Shown piece by piece: positions 39,720 through 53,617 of a DNA stretch of 64,000 nucleotides. Source of the DNA: Adineta vaga. Taxonomy: Eukaryota; Animalia; Rotifera. The stretch lies in NCBI GenBank assembly GCA_021613535.1, contig CP075492.1:2294001-2358000 (forward strand), in the 5' to 3' direction. Each line of letters starts with the position of its first letter. Position 1 is the first letter of the stretch. Under the pieces are notes generated by a model, which saw only the letters and a list, made by a program, of their open reading frames with translations, had not been told where the DNA came from and made no database searches. The position numbers were made by a program, and so were the translations under genes.

Positions 39720-39952
39720 AAGATATTTAAATCTAGAAGGTTTATTCAAGTGAGAACTCGATGTATTTTGACTATGATTTGTTAATAAATGAAAGCGAAT
39801 GAAAAATGAAAATAAATTATAAAAAAGTTTTCGAATTACTCCTTAGTATAAAATGACATCACCTGATTTCATATGATGCGTTATAGCGTTTTCTAGGAAC
39901 TTGTATGTATGTCAAATATCAAATGAATTTCCTGAAATCCAAAAAATACATC

Positions 39953-40023
39953 TTAAGGGTGTGTGTGGGTGTTGATGTAGATGGTTAGCTAGTCTGCACA
40001 CCCACCCTCACCCACACCCTCAA
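39953..40023. repeat. Telomere-like G-arm/C-arm hairpin element
   Basis: TTAAGGGTGTGTGTGGGTG...CACACCCACCCTCACCCACACCCTCAA. Confidence 0.75.
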
Positions 40024-40282
40024 AAATCGATCTTTTTAATATAACCTTTGCAGCAGTCTTCTGTTTTTTTCTAATTTCCATTTTTTATTTTGAACTAATC
40101 AAATTTTTTTATTCAGAACCACAAGGTTATATTTTGTTGTGCGCTTTTCTCTTTCTATTCGTTATGTCCTTTCTGTCGGATGTTGTGAAAGTATCAAGTC
40201 AAAATACCCAGAGAACAGGCAATATGGTGCCCATTTTCATTTACTTCTACTGCATCAGATATATTTCTTTTAAAATAATAAC

Positions 40283-43200
40283 ATGACGACTGCCATTGTT
40301 AACGAACAAAACCTACGAAAATGTTTCGAAGAAAGTATTCAAGTTGTTCAAAAAGCAATCGATCAAATTAAATTGAAAAAACAATCTGCAAATGATGCAT
40401 TAGTAACTGAAACGACAACCGATGAAAATATTTATTCATTTACATTGAGTCAATGGGAAGAAAGTTTCATGGTGGGTTTTAAACGAGATTTTGAAAGAAT
40501 TGTCATTGAACAAATATCGAAATTAGAAAATTATTGTCGACAATATTTCCTAGATGTTTTACATCAACTTAGTTACGATGATGAAAAAATGGAATTTACA
40601 GATCAATTTAACATCAGTATGCTCGGAATATTTGCTCGAGAATTAGAGAGGTATTTAGCTTCGATCGATGGTTATCGAGCAGCATGGAATGGTGAAAAGC
40701 AAGCAGTCGATGCATTTCTTCAGATATATCCAGCTGTTAGAGATAAATCAGGCCTTTGGGGTACAACACTACTCTATTCCGCAGCTAGAAATGGTCATTT
40801 AGATTTAGTTAGGGATCTCATCGAGCATCATCGATGTTCAGTTAATGCACAAAATCGACAACATATTTTACGAGCATTAGCTAGTTCAGGTCAAAATGTC
40901 AATTATTATGACACCAATTCAAAGGCGGGTTCAACACCTCTGCATGGTGCTTGTTACTTTGGTCATTTAAATGTTATAAAATATTTAATTGATCTTGATG
41001 CAGATTATTATATCCAAAATCAAGCTGGAGAAACGCCATTTATGCATGCTAAATTTAATCCAACTATTTTGGAATATATTCGCGAATTGTTAGTATTTGG
41101 ATATTCTTCGAAATCAGATGATCTTCCTGAAAGACCTATCGATGACAATGGAGATTTTCGAACAATAGATTGTATCTGGGAATATAAACCATTTGCTGAT
41201 GAGCGATGGTTCCCATTTCCTCAAGTAGAATCATCACAAATACAAGAATCACTGATATTAGAATCAAAGAAAGAATTTCAACGTGAAATTTATTTAAATT
41301 TAGTCAAAGGCGTATATAGTATCTGTTTAATGAAGTTTCTTCGTTCAGGTAGAAATCTTAATTACAGCGAAAACTTAGCTTGGATACGATGTCGAGGTTC
41401 ATCATTTGTCAATTTCAATTGCTATGCACTATGGCAAATCTTCTTAACAAAACATCCAGATGCATTATCACATTCGGTTTTTGATATGATCAATATTCCT
41501 ACGAGTTATGATAGTCGATTTGAAATTCATCTGCAAACTTGGTACTTTTGTAATGCACAAACAAACGAACAATTAGACAAAGGAATGAAATATCATCGAA
41601 GATATGTCAATATTAAAGTTCCTTTTATTAGTGATGAATCGTTAAGATTCAATCTTGAAACATTTTCATTCACTGATCATAAAAACACAGTACAAGGTCA
41701 TCTACGATGGGTTCCGAAAATGATTTCCAACAATTCAAAAAATACAAATGAAATTCTTGATATTAATGAATATGTAACAATGACAAATATCAATCCGATA
41801 CCACTAACAACTACACGTGTAAAGTATGTTCCAGAAATAGACGAAGAAAAATTGTTTGAACCTATGGATGATGAAAATCTTTCGAATGAAAACGATGATG
41901 ATCCAATACAGAAAGTAAACTTTTGACAAATACAATATTCATTCATCTTTGTGTTTCTGCTATTTAGACTCCTGATACACCTCTTAAGGCCACACAATCT
42001 TTAACTGGATTCTTTAGCATACCACCACCATTGTCTGATGTTTTAATATCGGAAGATGAGTATGTAAATGAAGAAAGTGTCAATACTTTATTATCACAAG
42101 AATCTGTAATTATTGAAAGACCTTGCTTGTGTGACGATATAGAAGTTCTAACGACTATGGAAAACACACCATCTGAACGTAACGAAAAATATGCTGAACT
42201 TCAACGTGATTTAGATGCTAAATACGAAGAAAACGTACGTGAGTTAATCCAACGTATTGAAACATTGGAACAAGAGAGGAAAATATACCAAGAAAAACAA
42301 ATAAAATTGCTAGAGATTTCAAAGACTATTCGTAAGATAGAATATATTATTATTCAAAAGCAAATGATGCAAGATTTTTTAATACCAAATAATTCACTTA
42401 TTCTCAATTATTTACGTCAAGCAAATACAAATATTGATTCTAGTTTTCATGATCGACCACCTAAGATGATGTTCAGTCGACGAGATAATTCTTCCATTGT
42501 AACTCTTGAAGGTTTTCAAGAACATCATGATCAGTTCAAAGAAATTCTCAAACGAATTCAAACATTATCAAATATCATACAATCAGCAAAAGATTTCTAT
42601 CAACGACATTTAAATCGTACAATGTATTCAGTTGTAAAATGTGTTCTACCACGAGTGACATCTCAAACACAAATTTGGCGTGATTATGTACAATTATTTT
42701 CTCAATTATTTCGTGCTAAAAATATCGAATATAAACGATTATTCGATGATCATATTGATAATAAACTACAATCGATGGTTGAACAATGTATTTTAAATAA
42801 TACAACAGATTTTTGGAAGGAAATAAAAACCGAAACAGATCAGTTCGTTGAAGCTTATTTATTTATTGATGAAGTTGACCGGTTAAAACAGAAAGCATTA
42901 GATGAATTTATCAAAGAGAATATTTCTCTTCAACATTTTAAATTCGATTCTGAGCCAACTCAAAAATCAATTTCTGTTATACATTATTTTATTGAAAAAG
43001 TTAAAAAAGAATTTCAAACTGATTCTAAATATCGAGGTCATGAAGTCCAACATTTTAATCTCATACCAAAACTATTAGAAAGACTTATGATACACTATTC
43101 TTGTTTTAAAATCCAATTACCATTGTACGAATCATCGAATGATTTGTTAACCAAAATAGAAGATCACGTAGTTACAACCATTTCAACGTCAACTGGATCA

Positions 43201-46200
43201 GGCAAATCAACATTATTACCAGCTCTGTTGATTGCCGAAGGATATGATAAAGTCATTGTTACACAACCACGACGTTTACCATGCCAATTAATATGTAAAC
43301 GTGTCAATGAAACGATTCTCTTAGATAAAGGATCATTAGCAGATAAATTAGCTGGATGGATAGTTAGTGGTTCCAAAAAGAATTCTCATGGAAAAGTTCT
43401 CTATTTAACTGATGGTTTACTTAAAGAACGTTTACTCTGTGACGAAAATTTAATCACTAACGAGACAGACTTAAATAAATCTGTTGTTTTCTTCATTGAT
43501 GAAGTTCATGAACGATCAGTTAATATTGATCTATGCTTAGCATTGTTAGCACGTTTACTATCAGACAAACCAGAATTACAAACCAAAGTCAAAGTGATTG
43601 TTTCATCTGCTACACTTGATGCATCAGTACCGAATCTCTTTCGACGACTTTTTCTTTCGCAAGTTACTAAATTCGAAATGCCACTGATGGGTACACGTTA
43701 TCCAGTACAAATGATTCATCGTCCGAAAAATAATATCATCGATGTTGTTCAAGAATTATGTAAAAAACGTAAGCGACATGATCAAATACTTTGTTTTGTT
43801 AGTTCAATATCTGAAGTGAATCAATGTTGTCGTTTAATTGCTGATATCAGTCAAGGAACAATTGTAGCTTATCCACTTATACAATCACAACATCCAAATG
43901 TTCAACAAGCAAATATCGAACATGGAACATTATTTTTCTCGACAACAGTTGCAGAAACTTCATTAACATTTCCTTCATTGAAATATGTCGTTGATACAGG
44001 AATGATTAACATGCCTTTTTATGATATTGAATCGAAACGAACGATTCTCAAAGAGGTTCGAGCTGCTGAATCAACACTAAAACAACGTTCAGGTCGGCTT
44101 GGTAGAACACAACCAGGAGAATATTATTCTTTGTATAGTTTTCAACCGAGTGATGTTCCTTATCCTGTTCCACAAATTCGTCAATCAGATCTGATGAACT
44201 TGGAATTTTCATTACGAAAATCACCAATGAAGAGAGGTTTAAATTATTTAAGCACATATTTACCAGATTCACCGTCACCACAATCAATTAAGACAACAAT
44301 TAAACAATTACAAGAATTGGACATTGTCGAAAATACACCTACTAATCAATTAACTGCACATGGCAAAGAACTTGCTAAATTACCAGATTTCAGTTCATTG
44401 GCTATGTCAAAAGCTGTCCTAGCTGCATTGAAAACTTATGATTGTGGTCATGATTTGATATGTCTCGCTTCATGTATAGGTGTTCTCAACACTACAACCA
44501 TGTTTCGAAGTATACCTTTAAATTTCAAAAGTCTCAATGGAGATTTTATGACTTTGCTAAATCTAATGAACAGAATACTGTTAGTACAACAATCGACATT
44601 AGTAAGAGATGCAAATATCGACGATATTTGTAAAGTTATGGGTCTACATCATATTCAGCATTTTATCAAACGAGTTTTAAAACGTTATTCAATTTTAGAA
44701 AGCTTTTTTAATTCCTCGACAGATTTTCGATGGCAAGCTCAACGAAAATCTGATAATTGGGAATTGATTGCTAAGGCTTTATTAGCTGGTTATAGCGATA
44801 ATATTTTTATTTCAATGAAAGATCTTCAAGAACGTACACATCATTTTGTTCGATATAGCAATTCGAATGATATAGCTGTTCTTGATCTACAATCGACCTT
44901 AATTCGTTCGATTAAAGAAGCTCCTGTTTCGATTGTTCTAGCTAAAGATATTCGTCGTTCAACAGCTGTTCGAGCAACAGCAATTCTTTCATTTCTTGGA
45001 GAAGTCAAACCAGAATGGATTAGTTATCGAATGGAACGACAATTTAACATAAGTGAAAATGAACGATTGCAGTTGAATAATGGAAATAAATTTCTCCAAG
45101 CAGTAAAGAAATTTTTCAATCGAGTTAAAATGCTATTTAAAGATGAGAATATCGTTTTGGAAGGTTCATCAGGCGATGTTCTAAATGCTGAATTTCATCT
45201 TCGACAACAAATGATTTCGGAATTAAGATTCGATTTAAAAACTTTAGCTAGACCAAATGCTCATGAAAATTTTCTACGTAATCTTAACATTCTGACAAAA
45301 ATGACTCGTATTTTTAATCCATTGATTTGGCGATGGAAAAGACAAAAACAAGTTGATATCACTATTAATACAATCTCAGCAACAGAAACATTTGAGATTA
45401 TTGTTCAAGGTAGAGATTCAGTCAACAAACAAGTTAAAGATGAATTTCAATCATTTATTGGTTGGTTACAGTATTGTGCTGTTATTTGTCATCCAAATTC
45501 TGGTAAAAGAAGAACGATTTGACGTTTGAATTGAATTGATTTTGTTTAATCATATAGGTCTATCTCCACGTGTTCTTCGACCACAAATGCGTTATCAATG
45601 TCTCGACATTGAAGAAAGAATCGTTCGTGTCACTGACAGTAAACGAACGCCAATTGATTTGTATAATGGAATAAAAGGTGTCAATGCTACACGTGAGACA
45701 CGAATGGAAGTTGTTGCCTGGATTGCTATTTGCAAATTTGATTGTCGATTAGAAGGTGGTTTTGTTCGAGATTGGATTGTTGGTCATTATACTGCTCGAC
45801 CAACAACTACTTTTACAAATCCCAACGCTTGGATTGAATACAATGGAAAGATTCCATCAATAAACAAAGAAGTTGTTCCATGTGATTTAGATTGTCACTT
45901 GCCGAGCCATGCTTATTTCGATATGCATAAATTTCAAGATGAATTGTATAAATATGGTATAACTTGTTCAGTCGAACGACAAGATTGGAAATATGTACTA
46001 TTATTTGATGAAAATGAACCAACGGGCCCATTTACAATGGATCTAGTTGAACCTCATATTGCATTAGCGCACGATCGAATTGACTTTGACGTTAGTAATT
46101 TAACTGTAGAAAAAGATTACACTCATGAACTTGGAATGCGTATTGATATCGCAAAGAAACCGTATTCAATTGAATTAGAAACAATCATTGAGAATATTAA

Positions 46201-46924
46201 AAACAAACGTTTTCAACTCCTTCGTCACAATGATTATCATATGAAACAGCGTATTGATAAAATGATAAATGTTCGGAAATGGCAAAAAATCGACGAGGAA
46301 TTATCAGTTATTCTTGAACCACATTGGAAATATCATGTCGTACTTGTTCCTCTTTCGCACACAGCTGTCTTATATAACGAAATCAAGCATAAAATGAGTA
46401 GTATTCAGGGTTTAAATATTCTATCAATTGAAGAAATTCGAAATCCATCGTTAGAAGAAACTTATGAAGGAATGAAAAAAATGATTAAAAAAGAATGTCT
46501 AAATTTGAATCCAAATGAACAAAAACTATTTCATGGAACTAAAGCTGAAGGAATTTATGGTATAGCTGAGAATGGTTTTGATGATCGATATTATACTGTT
46601 GGCATGTATGGTAAGAATTTCTACGCATTAAAATTCGATGTTTCTTTCTTTTGTGTAGGTCGTGGTGCTTACTTTGCCGATAATCCACTGAAATCTCATG
46701 ATTTTACAAATCCGGATTCGACAAAAAGAAATACACGTGTTATGTTCTATAGCAAAGTACTTATAGGAAAACCCTATATATTAACAGCAGGAAATAACGA
46801 TCTCAAGGCAGCACCAAAAGACTTCCATTCAGTCGTCGGAAAACATTCACCACGAACAGAATATATCGTTTACCGTTATGGACAAGCTCTTCCATATTTA
46901 AAAATAATCTACCAAAGTGCATAG
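40283..46924 (+). CDS. ~2161-aa ankyrin / WWE-like / DEAH helicase / class II nucleotidyltransferase / PARP-type ART protein (exons 40283-41914, 41968-45502, 45558-46610, 46659-46924)
   Basis: ANK: GTTLLYSAARNGH, GSTPLHGACYFGH. WWE-like: WEYK...WFPF. Helicase: TGSGKST, TQPRR, TDG, DEVHER, SAT, TTVAETSLT, QRSGRLGR. NTase: GGFVRD..DLD..RIDFDVSNL. PARP: LFHGT, YGRGAYFA, EYIVY. GT-AG introns restore one frame. Confidence 0.9.
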
Positions 46925-47034
46925 TCGTTCCACAAGATTTATATCAAATAAACATAAAGTTCGTGTATGTTTTTCGTGATAAAAAAATAAAACAAGAAGC
47001 AGCAATATAGAATAAACAAAAAGAGAGAAAAACC

Positions 47035-48339
47035 TTAAGGGTGTGAGGGTGGGTGTGAGAGCATTAGTATTGAAACACCCACACGCAGGATTAAAAACAA
47101 TAGAAAAGAGTTTTGAAAATGAAAAGAAGCAGAAGATGTAGCACCTTTACATATAATTCCAGAAGGATTATGATAATCACTACACAGAACCGTTGAATTA
47201 CCACTTGGTGCAACAATATCCCATTGTATAAAAGTTATATCACAAGTTCCAGTTGGTGGACAATTAATTTTTGCAATGTTTGGATCATATTTTTTCGAAG
47301 TTTTTCCATTTATATTTATAAAACGTATATTTGAGAGTTCGGCAGCTGATGGATATTCTTTACATGTAGTAACATTTGATTCATAGCAATTGTCCACTTG
47401 AAGAGCATAATCACAATTGTCTACTATAACATCTTTAAACGTCACATTTCTCACAATCACTGTTCCATGAGATGGACCTCCTGGAAAGAATTTAATACGA
47501 GTCGCTGTTGTAGAATTGATCATTTTAGCATTAGATACATAAATATTTTTAACTGTATAAGGATGATCAGGTTTCATTCCAAGACTTCCAACAGATAGAC
47601 CATGTGATCCAATGCAAGTTATATTATTAACTGTAATATAATCTGAACCATATTTAAATGAAACACAATCATCACCATTGGTAACATGAATATTACTTAT
47701 TGTTATATGTGAACATTCACCTGTATCGAAACCATCTGTATTTTTAGGTCGATTCTGTGATGTTGAAACAGCACTTAAAACTAAATCAGATAATTTAATA
47801 TTCATTGAATTATTAGTTATAAATATAAACCAAAATGCAGGATCTATTAATTTTATTTTAGTAAATATTATATTAGAAGAATTGCTAAATTGCATAAGAA
47901 ATGGTCTTTCATAAGTTTTATTAATAGCAAAATAATCCCAAAATGCTTGTCCACTTCCATCAATAAGTCCTGATCCAGTTAATGAATGAAATGTTCCTCC
48001 AACTACATTTGTCATCAAGAAAAATGCTGTTTTTCCTTCCCAATAATCAATATCATCCGATACTTTAAGTGTTCCTTCAATTTGAAAATTACAATCTATA
48101 CAATTTCTAAAATCAAGAGGACTTCGAATCATGAATGTTTCACCAGCTCGAATAATGATCGTACCTCCGTTTCCACATGTTATTAATGCTTGACTAATAG
48201 CAGGTACATCATCAATTGAACTATTTCCAGCAGATAATGGTGTACATGGATCTTGTTTTGTAAGGGTAATGACTTGACAAAATATTCCATTTGAAACAAG
48301 TAAAACTAACCAAAGTAATATTGTGATATCCATTATCAT
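47035..48339 (-). CDS. Secreted GH28 polygalacturonase, intronless, hydrophobic (GPI-like) C-terminus
   Basis: All four GH28 motifs present: NTDG, GDD, GSHG, RIK. Signal peptide MIMDITILLWLVLLVSNGIFC. Confidence 0.93.
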   Translation of the reverse strand: MIMDITILLWLVLLVSNGIFCQVITLTKQDPCTPLSAGNSSIDDVPAISQALITCGNGGTIIIRAGETFMIRSPLDFRNCIDCNFQIEGTLKVSDDIDYWEGKTAFFLMTNVVGGTFHSLTGSGLIDGSGQAFWDYFAINKTYERPFLMQFSNSSNIIFTKIKLIDPAFWFIFITNNSMNIKLSDLVLSAVSTSQNRPKNTDGFDTGECSHITISNIHVTNGDDCVSFKYGSDYITVNNITCIGSHGLSVGSLGMKPDHPYTVKNIYVSNAKMINSTTATRIKFFPGGPSHGTVIVRNVTFKDVIVDNCDYALQVDNCYESNVTTCKEYPSAAELSNIRFININGKTSKKYDPNIAKINCPPTGTCDITFIQWDIVAPSGNSTVLCSDYHNPSGIICKGATSSASFHFQNSFLLFLILRVGVSILMLSHPPSHP

Positions 48340-48729
48340 TATTATATTTAAAAAGATAAAGCTAAAAAAGTTGTTTTTATATATCGTGTTTTGCAAGTAG
48401 ATTTATTATTAAAGATAAAAAAAAGGAGTTGAAAGTAAGTCGAAGAATGTGACATTGAAGATAAAGATGATAAAAGCATTAGATATTTAGAAAAAAATGT
48501 TGTTTCAAATATTGACTTGGAGGTGCGGGTTATTTGACGCAATTAAGAGAAATTAATTTCAATGATGTTAGTTATTCAGGTTCATTACGTTTGGTGTGTG
48601 AAAATCAAAATATACCAAAAGATGCGCCGTGAAAAGCTCTACAAACCCCATTATAAAGCATATTGTGATCGATTCGAAAAAGGTTTAAAAAAATTATATT
48701 TTGACTAATATGTGCACGTTTATGAGGGT

Positions 48730-48770
48730 GGATGTGGGTATGGATGAGACTCTCATCCATACCCACATCC
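48730..48770. repeat. Perfect 20-bp palindrome, member of the telomere-like hairpin family
   Basis: GGATGTGGGTATGGATGAGA-C-TCTCATCCATACCCACATCC. Confidence 0.9.
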
Positions 48771-49617
48771 CAAACTATTTGAATTACTTTGCAATACATT
48801 TTACAATATTAATCGGTCATTCTTTTTTATCCAACCACATTTATACATTATATCGAAGTGCTGACGTAAGACATTTATTGATATAACAAATAGTTTTACA
48901 TTTTCGAATACTCATCATATCGCTTTCCATCTTATTCTCTTTTATTATCAGTATTTCATTCTATTTATTATAGAGAAAAGGTATAGTGCGCGAGTTTTAT
49001 TATCCGTACTTCATGTAAGCAGATGAAATAAAATCATTACATTATCATCTTCTATCAGTAATAAACTTAGTACAAAATACGCGTATATAAAATGATGACA
49101 AAACACTGAGATTAACATTTGTAAGTACGTGCTCGAAAAAGAGAATTTAATCATAATAATCAAATGGTCGATTTTTCAATAGCATATGAAATGGAAAACG
49201 ACAAGTTGATGTATGTATTGTACATACTTACCTTTCGAGACCCTACAAAGTAAAAATATCACAGCTGTCACACTATCCATACTTCAGATATTTAGAATCG
49301 GTTGTCACGAGAGACTAGAGCATATATTCAATCACCAAAGTATTTTTTTCGATAATTGAGAAGTATGAGTGGTTTGGGGATCTCTATCTGATTAACCCAA
49401 GATAGATGGTTAGGTATTTGAATACCTCAAGTAATGATACAATAGCAGTATTCTTTAGAACGATTAAAATTTAATTTTTAGATGATCTAAATTAAGTGTC
49501 ATTCATCTTGACTTTACCGATACGCTATCGACTTGTCGTAATTATCCTTAGAGACAAATTTTGTCAGGTAATTTGAGTTTTTTCACTAAAACTTTTTAAA
49601 ATTCAAGAGAATAATCA

Positions 49618-51748
49618 ATGCCTGTATCAACACGTGATTTTCAATATCAGAGACGTGCTTCTCGAGTTGCTATTGAAACACTAGCAGCAATTACAGAAAA
49701 TATTACACGTCTCAATGATGTGTCATTCGACGATGAAGATAATTCTCATCGTTCATCAGTTTCATCAGTAACCAATAATATGACTATCAATCTCGAAACT
49801 CAAACAAAACATACAAATATTTCGAGATTGAAGAATTTGTTGTTTAAAAACTATCGATGGAAAATGAGCCATTATTTTTATATTCATCTAATGTTTTTTA
49901 TTTTTAATGGTTTATTCGGTGGTCTAATCATATTTTTAATTGAAAATTATTCGTCATTTCCAAATCCATACATGGTGGTAACATACATTGATGCTTGGTT
50001 TATGTGCGTCTCAACTATATGTAGCTGTGGTTTGAGTACACTAGATTTTGCGCAACTCTCTCGTGCTTCACAATCTGCTATGATGATATTTGCATTTTTG
50101 TCAGGTTTTGCAATAAGTACATTACCAGCACTTATCATTAAAACTAGAACCCATAAAACTACTCATGGTATTAATGTTGATAATGATAATGAAAACGACG
50201 ATGATCAAGAAAATTATGAATTAGAATTATCGAAACGTCATTCGAATGAAAATTTATCATCACATATTCGTGATGAACTAGCACGATTACCAAAGCCAGA
50301 AGAATTACGTTATCGTGCGTATATTATGTGTATTGTTCTTATATTAGGTCTTTTTCTCACTATCAATATTATTGGTTTGCTTATTATTGGTATATGGCTT
50401 CAAACACATGCTAATCAAGAATATTTAATGCAAAATAATACTACTCTCAATCCATGGTATGTAGCATCTATGTTGACTCTTTTTAGTTTCAATCAAAATG
50501 GCTTAGCACCTTTCTCAACCGGATTGACGCGTTTTGTTGATGATATTTTTTTAAATATAATTATAATATTGGTAATATTTAGTTTTTGTCCATATTATTC
50601 TAAGCTATTCTTTTTAGTTAGTCATAAGTGGTTCTTCTTTCTTTCCTATTATTCTACGAAATGTCGTCTTTTTACTACGTCGTCTTGTTCCCTGGCGTCA
50701 TAAAGTTATTTTCGATTATATTCTTTTAAATAATCATCATCTATCGACACTTCTATATCCTACATTACAAACTCGCATCTATTTTGTTGTTACACTTGTA
50801 TTATATTTAATGAGCATTACTATTTCTCTGATACTTGATTTACAGAGTAAAAATTTGCAACAATACACTCCTAATATACGTATCATGATTTTCCTTTTCC
50901 AAACAATAAATTTACGATTTTGTGGTTTTCAAACATTTGATATTAGTCTGTTTTCGACGGCGACATTACTCGTCTATTTATTATTAATGGCTACCAAACC
51001 ACAAATGTTATGTGCACTTGATGAATCACCATTTGAAATATATTGGTTAACACTAGAAGCTCAAGCACAAGTTAACGATGAAACAAACCTATCGAAGTCA
51101 TTACCACAAAAGTTACAACGTGCAATGTCTATGGTTCCTGGTGCACATACTGATGCTTTAGTGTTCAATCAAATACATCATTTTTTACGTCGACAAAGTC
51201 TCATTACGAAGAAACTTGCAAAAAAGGAATTATTTAGAAACGTTGATAATAATTCAAAACATTCAAAACGTATTAAATCTTTACGTTTACGTTTATTTCT
51301 TATTCACTTTATTAGAGCATTATTCAAACATACATTTGATTTTTTTTTATTAACACGAACTTGGTTATTTGTCTTCATTTTTCTTATATGTGCTTTTGAA
51401 TATCATCGAATGGCACCTACTGATCCACATATAACACTTTTAAAGATTATTTTTGAAATTATTTCCGCTTTTGGTGGAGTCGGTATGTCTTTAGGCTATC
51501 CAAATAAAGCAACAAGTTTTGCTTCTGTTCTTTCTACTGGAAGTAAAGTTTTACTTATTGTAACTATGCTCATGGGAAGACATCGTGGTTTATTAGCGTC
51601 AATGAAAGATCAAGAAGTAATTAAATATAATGCTATCAAATTATTAATTCGTCGACGCGAAGAATACATATTTGAATGTCAAAAATCTAGGATGCCCGAT
51701 AAAATAGACTCGCAAATGGACAACAGTTCAATGGTTACACATTTGTAG
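49618..51748 (+). CDS. Trk/Ktr/HKT-family K+/Na+ transporter (exons 49618-50571, 50618-51748)
   Basis: Four MPM pore motifs: YIDAWFMCVSTICSCGLST, FSFNQNGL, NLRFCGFQTFDI, FEIISAFGGVGMSLGYP. Also MLMGRHRGL. One 46-nt intron joins the two ORFs in frame. Confidence 0.92.
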
Positions 51749-52045
51749 ACAGAATAACACAAATGAATATCTTTTTTAACAACTTTGATAATATTATTAG
51801 TCTTTAATAGAATGTCTTAAGAAAAATTTTCTCGTTACAATTCCATCGTTGCTGTGAAAGAATTTGACGGAATCGTCACAATTTTGCGTTATACTCTTAC
51901 TTGCATATTCACAGTCATTCGTTTATTGTTTTCTATATTTACAATAATATTGATAAGCAAAGGTTGATAAAATTCACATGATTTGATTAAATATAAAAAT
52001 ATTCTTATTGAGGGTGTGAGAAAAAGGCGATATCCACACCCACCC

Positions 52046-52555
52046 TCAAATATTTATACTTAAGAATGTCGAAAGAGAAGGTAAAACATAATTATGATTA
52101 ATATTAATATTAATATCACAAGTATCGTTTATATTTGATAAGTGTTTTAAATTAGGAGTATATTTCATAAATTGTTCTATTTGATCAATAGAAATATAAT
52201 ATCTAGATATATTGAGGGATTGAAGAGTTGATGAGATTTTGTTTGGCATATATTCATTATTGTATCCTAGACTATAAGTAGTTAAAGAACAATGATGAAG
52301 TTTTGTTAAATTTCAAATTATATCGATAAATAATTGATAATTAACAAATAACTTTTGTATCATATGACAATTAATAGTTAAATGCGCGATATTCAATGAA
52401 TATGGTAAAGTTTTTATAATTTTTGTTAATAGTTTAGCTGAAGGTACATTCGGTAATGTTAAATATCGTAATTCAGTGAATTGATAAAATGATGAAATAT
52501 AAATATAAAATAAATCGATCTTTCCAGGGTTTCGATAACTTTCATCAATTGACAT
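52046..52555 (-). pseudogene. Degraded F-box/LRR-type fragment
   Basis: Broken ORFs with FTELRYLTLPNV, LQSLNIS and TPNLKHLS, resembling the neighbouring F-box/LRR genes. Confidence 0.4.
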
Positions 52556-53617
52556 TGATATAAAATGTATGGGAAAAATTTTCTATATAATAGAGATTTG
52601 TTTATACTATTTTTGTAGAGCTTTTGACACGGTATCTTCTGAAAAGAAAGCGAACTTTTATCACCGGTTTGTGTGCAGAAACATGGGCAAAACAATTTAT
52701 GCTACTATAACATTTTGAAACATAGTGTTTAATATTTTGACTGTAAAACTGTTACTTCTGCATCAAACTTAAATATTTTTTAATATAGATGGCCAGTACA
52801 AAAAGTTCTACAAAGTATGATAAAATAAGAAGTTTTCTCAATACTTCAGTTGTTTTGTCTTTTTTTCGTAGAACTGAAGATTATTTTGCTTATTGTACTT
52901 TATATTTCAAAAGTTTTCCGTATAGAACAGGTATACACAACTAGCGCTCGATCTCCGCTACAAGAATGTATGATCGAATTAAATCAGCATTCTTTAGTTT
53001 AAATGAACAACTCAAAATAGAAAAGTGGGGCGAGACTTATGACCTTCACTATATACGTATAGTTAAAAATTTTACTTATAGAGTACGAATTTATTCATTC
53101 TTTATCCTTTTCAATATTCACACTCTGAAGAGAATAAATTTTATGAATTTTTCTTGTTATTCTTTCTTAATCAATGTATTTATTCACAATGGTTGATTAG
53201 TTGCTGGTGAGCGAGCACGTTGTTCTCGTGTTCTTTTATTTTCTATTACAAATCTTCTTTTCCCCTCGACTGAAAGGAGGGTATAGCGAAAAAAAAGTTA
53301 CCAAAAAATACGAAATTCGTTTGTATGTATATCTGTTGCGGGTCAAAGGTCAGAGGTCAAAAAAATATTTTCTTTAAAATGATGGAAAACATCAAAAAAC
53401 GATAGTAGAGTGATGGATGGTGATCTTCATATAATAACGGAACCATTCCCGATCTTCGGGATATGTGACACCACTCTATATTTATTTGATACCAATGAAG
53501 AAGATGAAGAAAAAGAAATATGGGCGTTAGATAAGTTCTCAGAGAGACAGAAAATCTGACCAAAATCCACATTTCTCTGATCAAAGGAAACTGTGTAATC
53601 CTTCGATAAGTTTCTAT

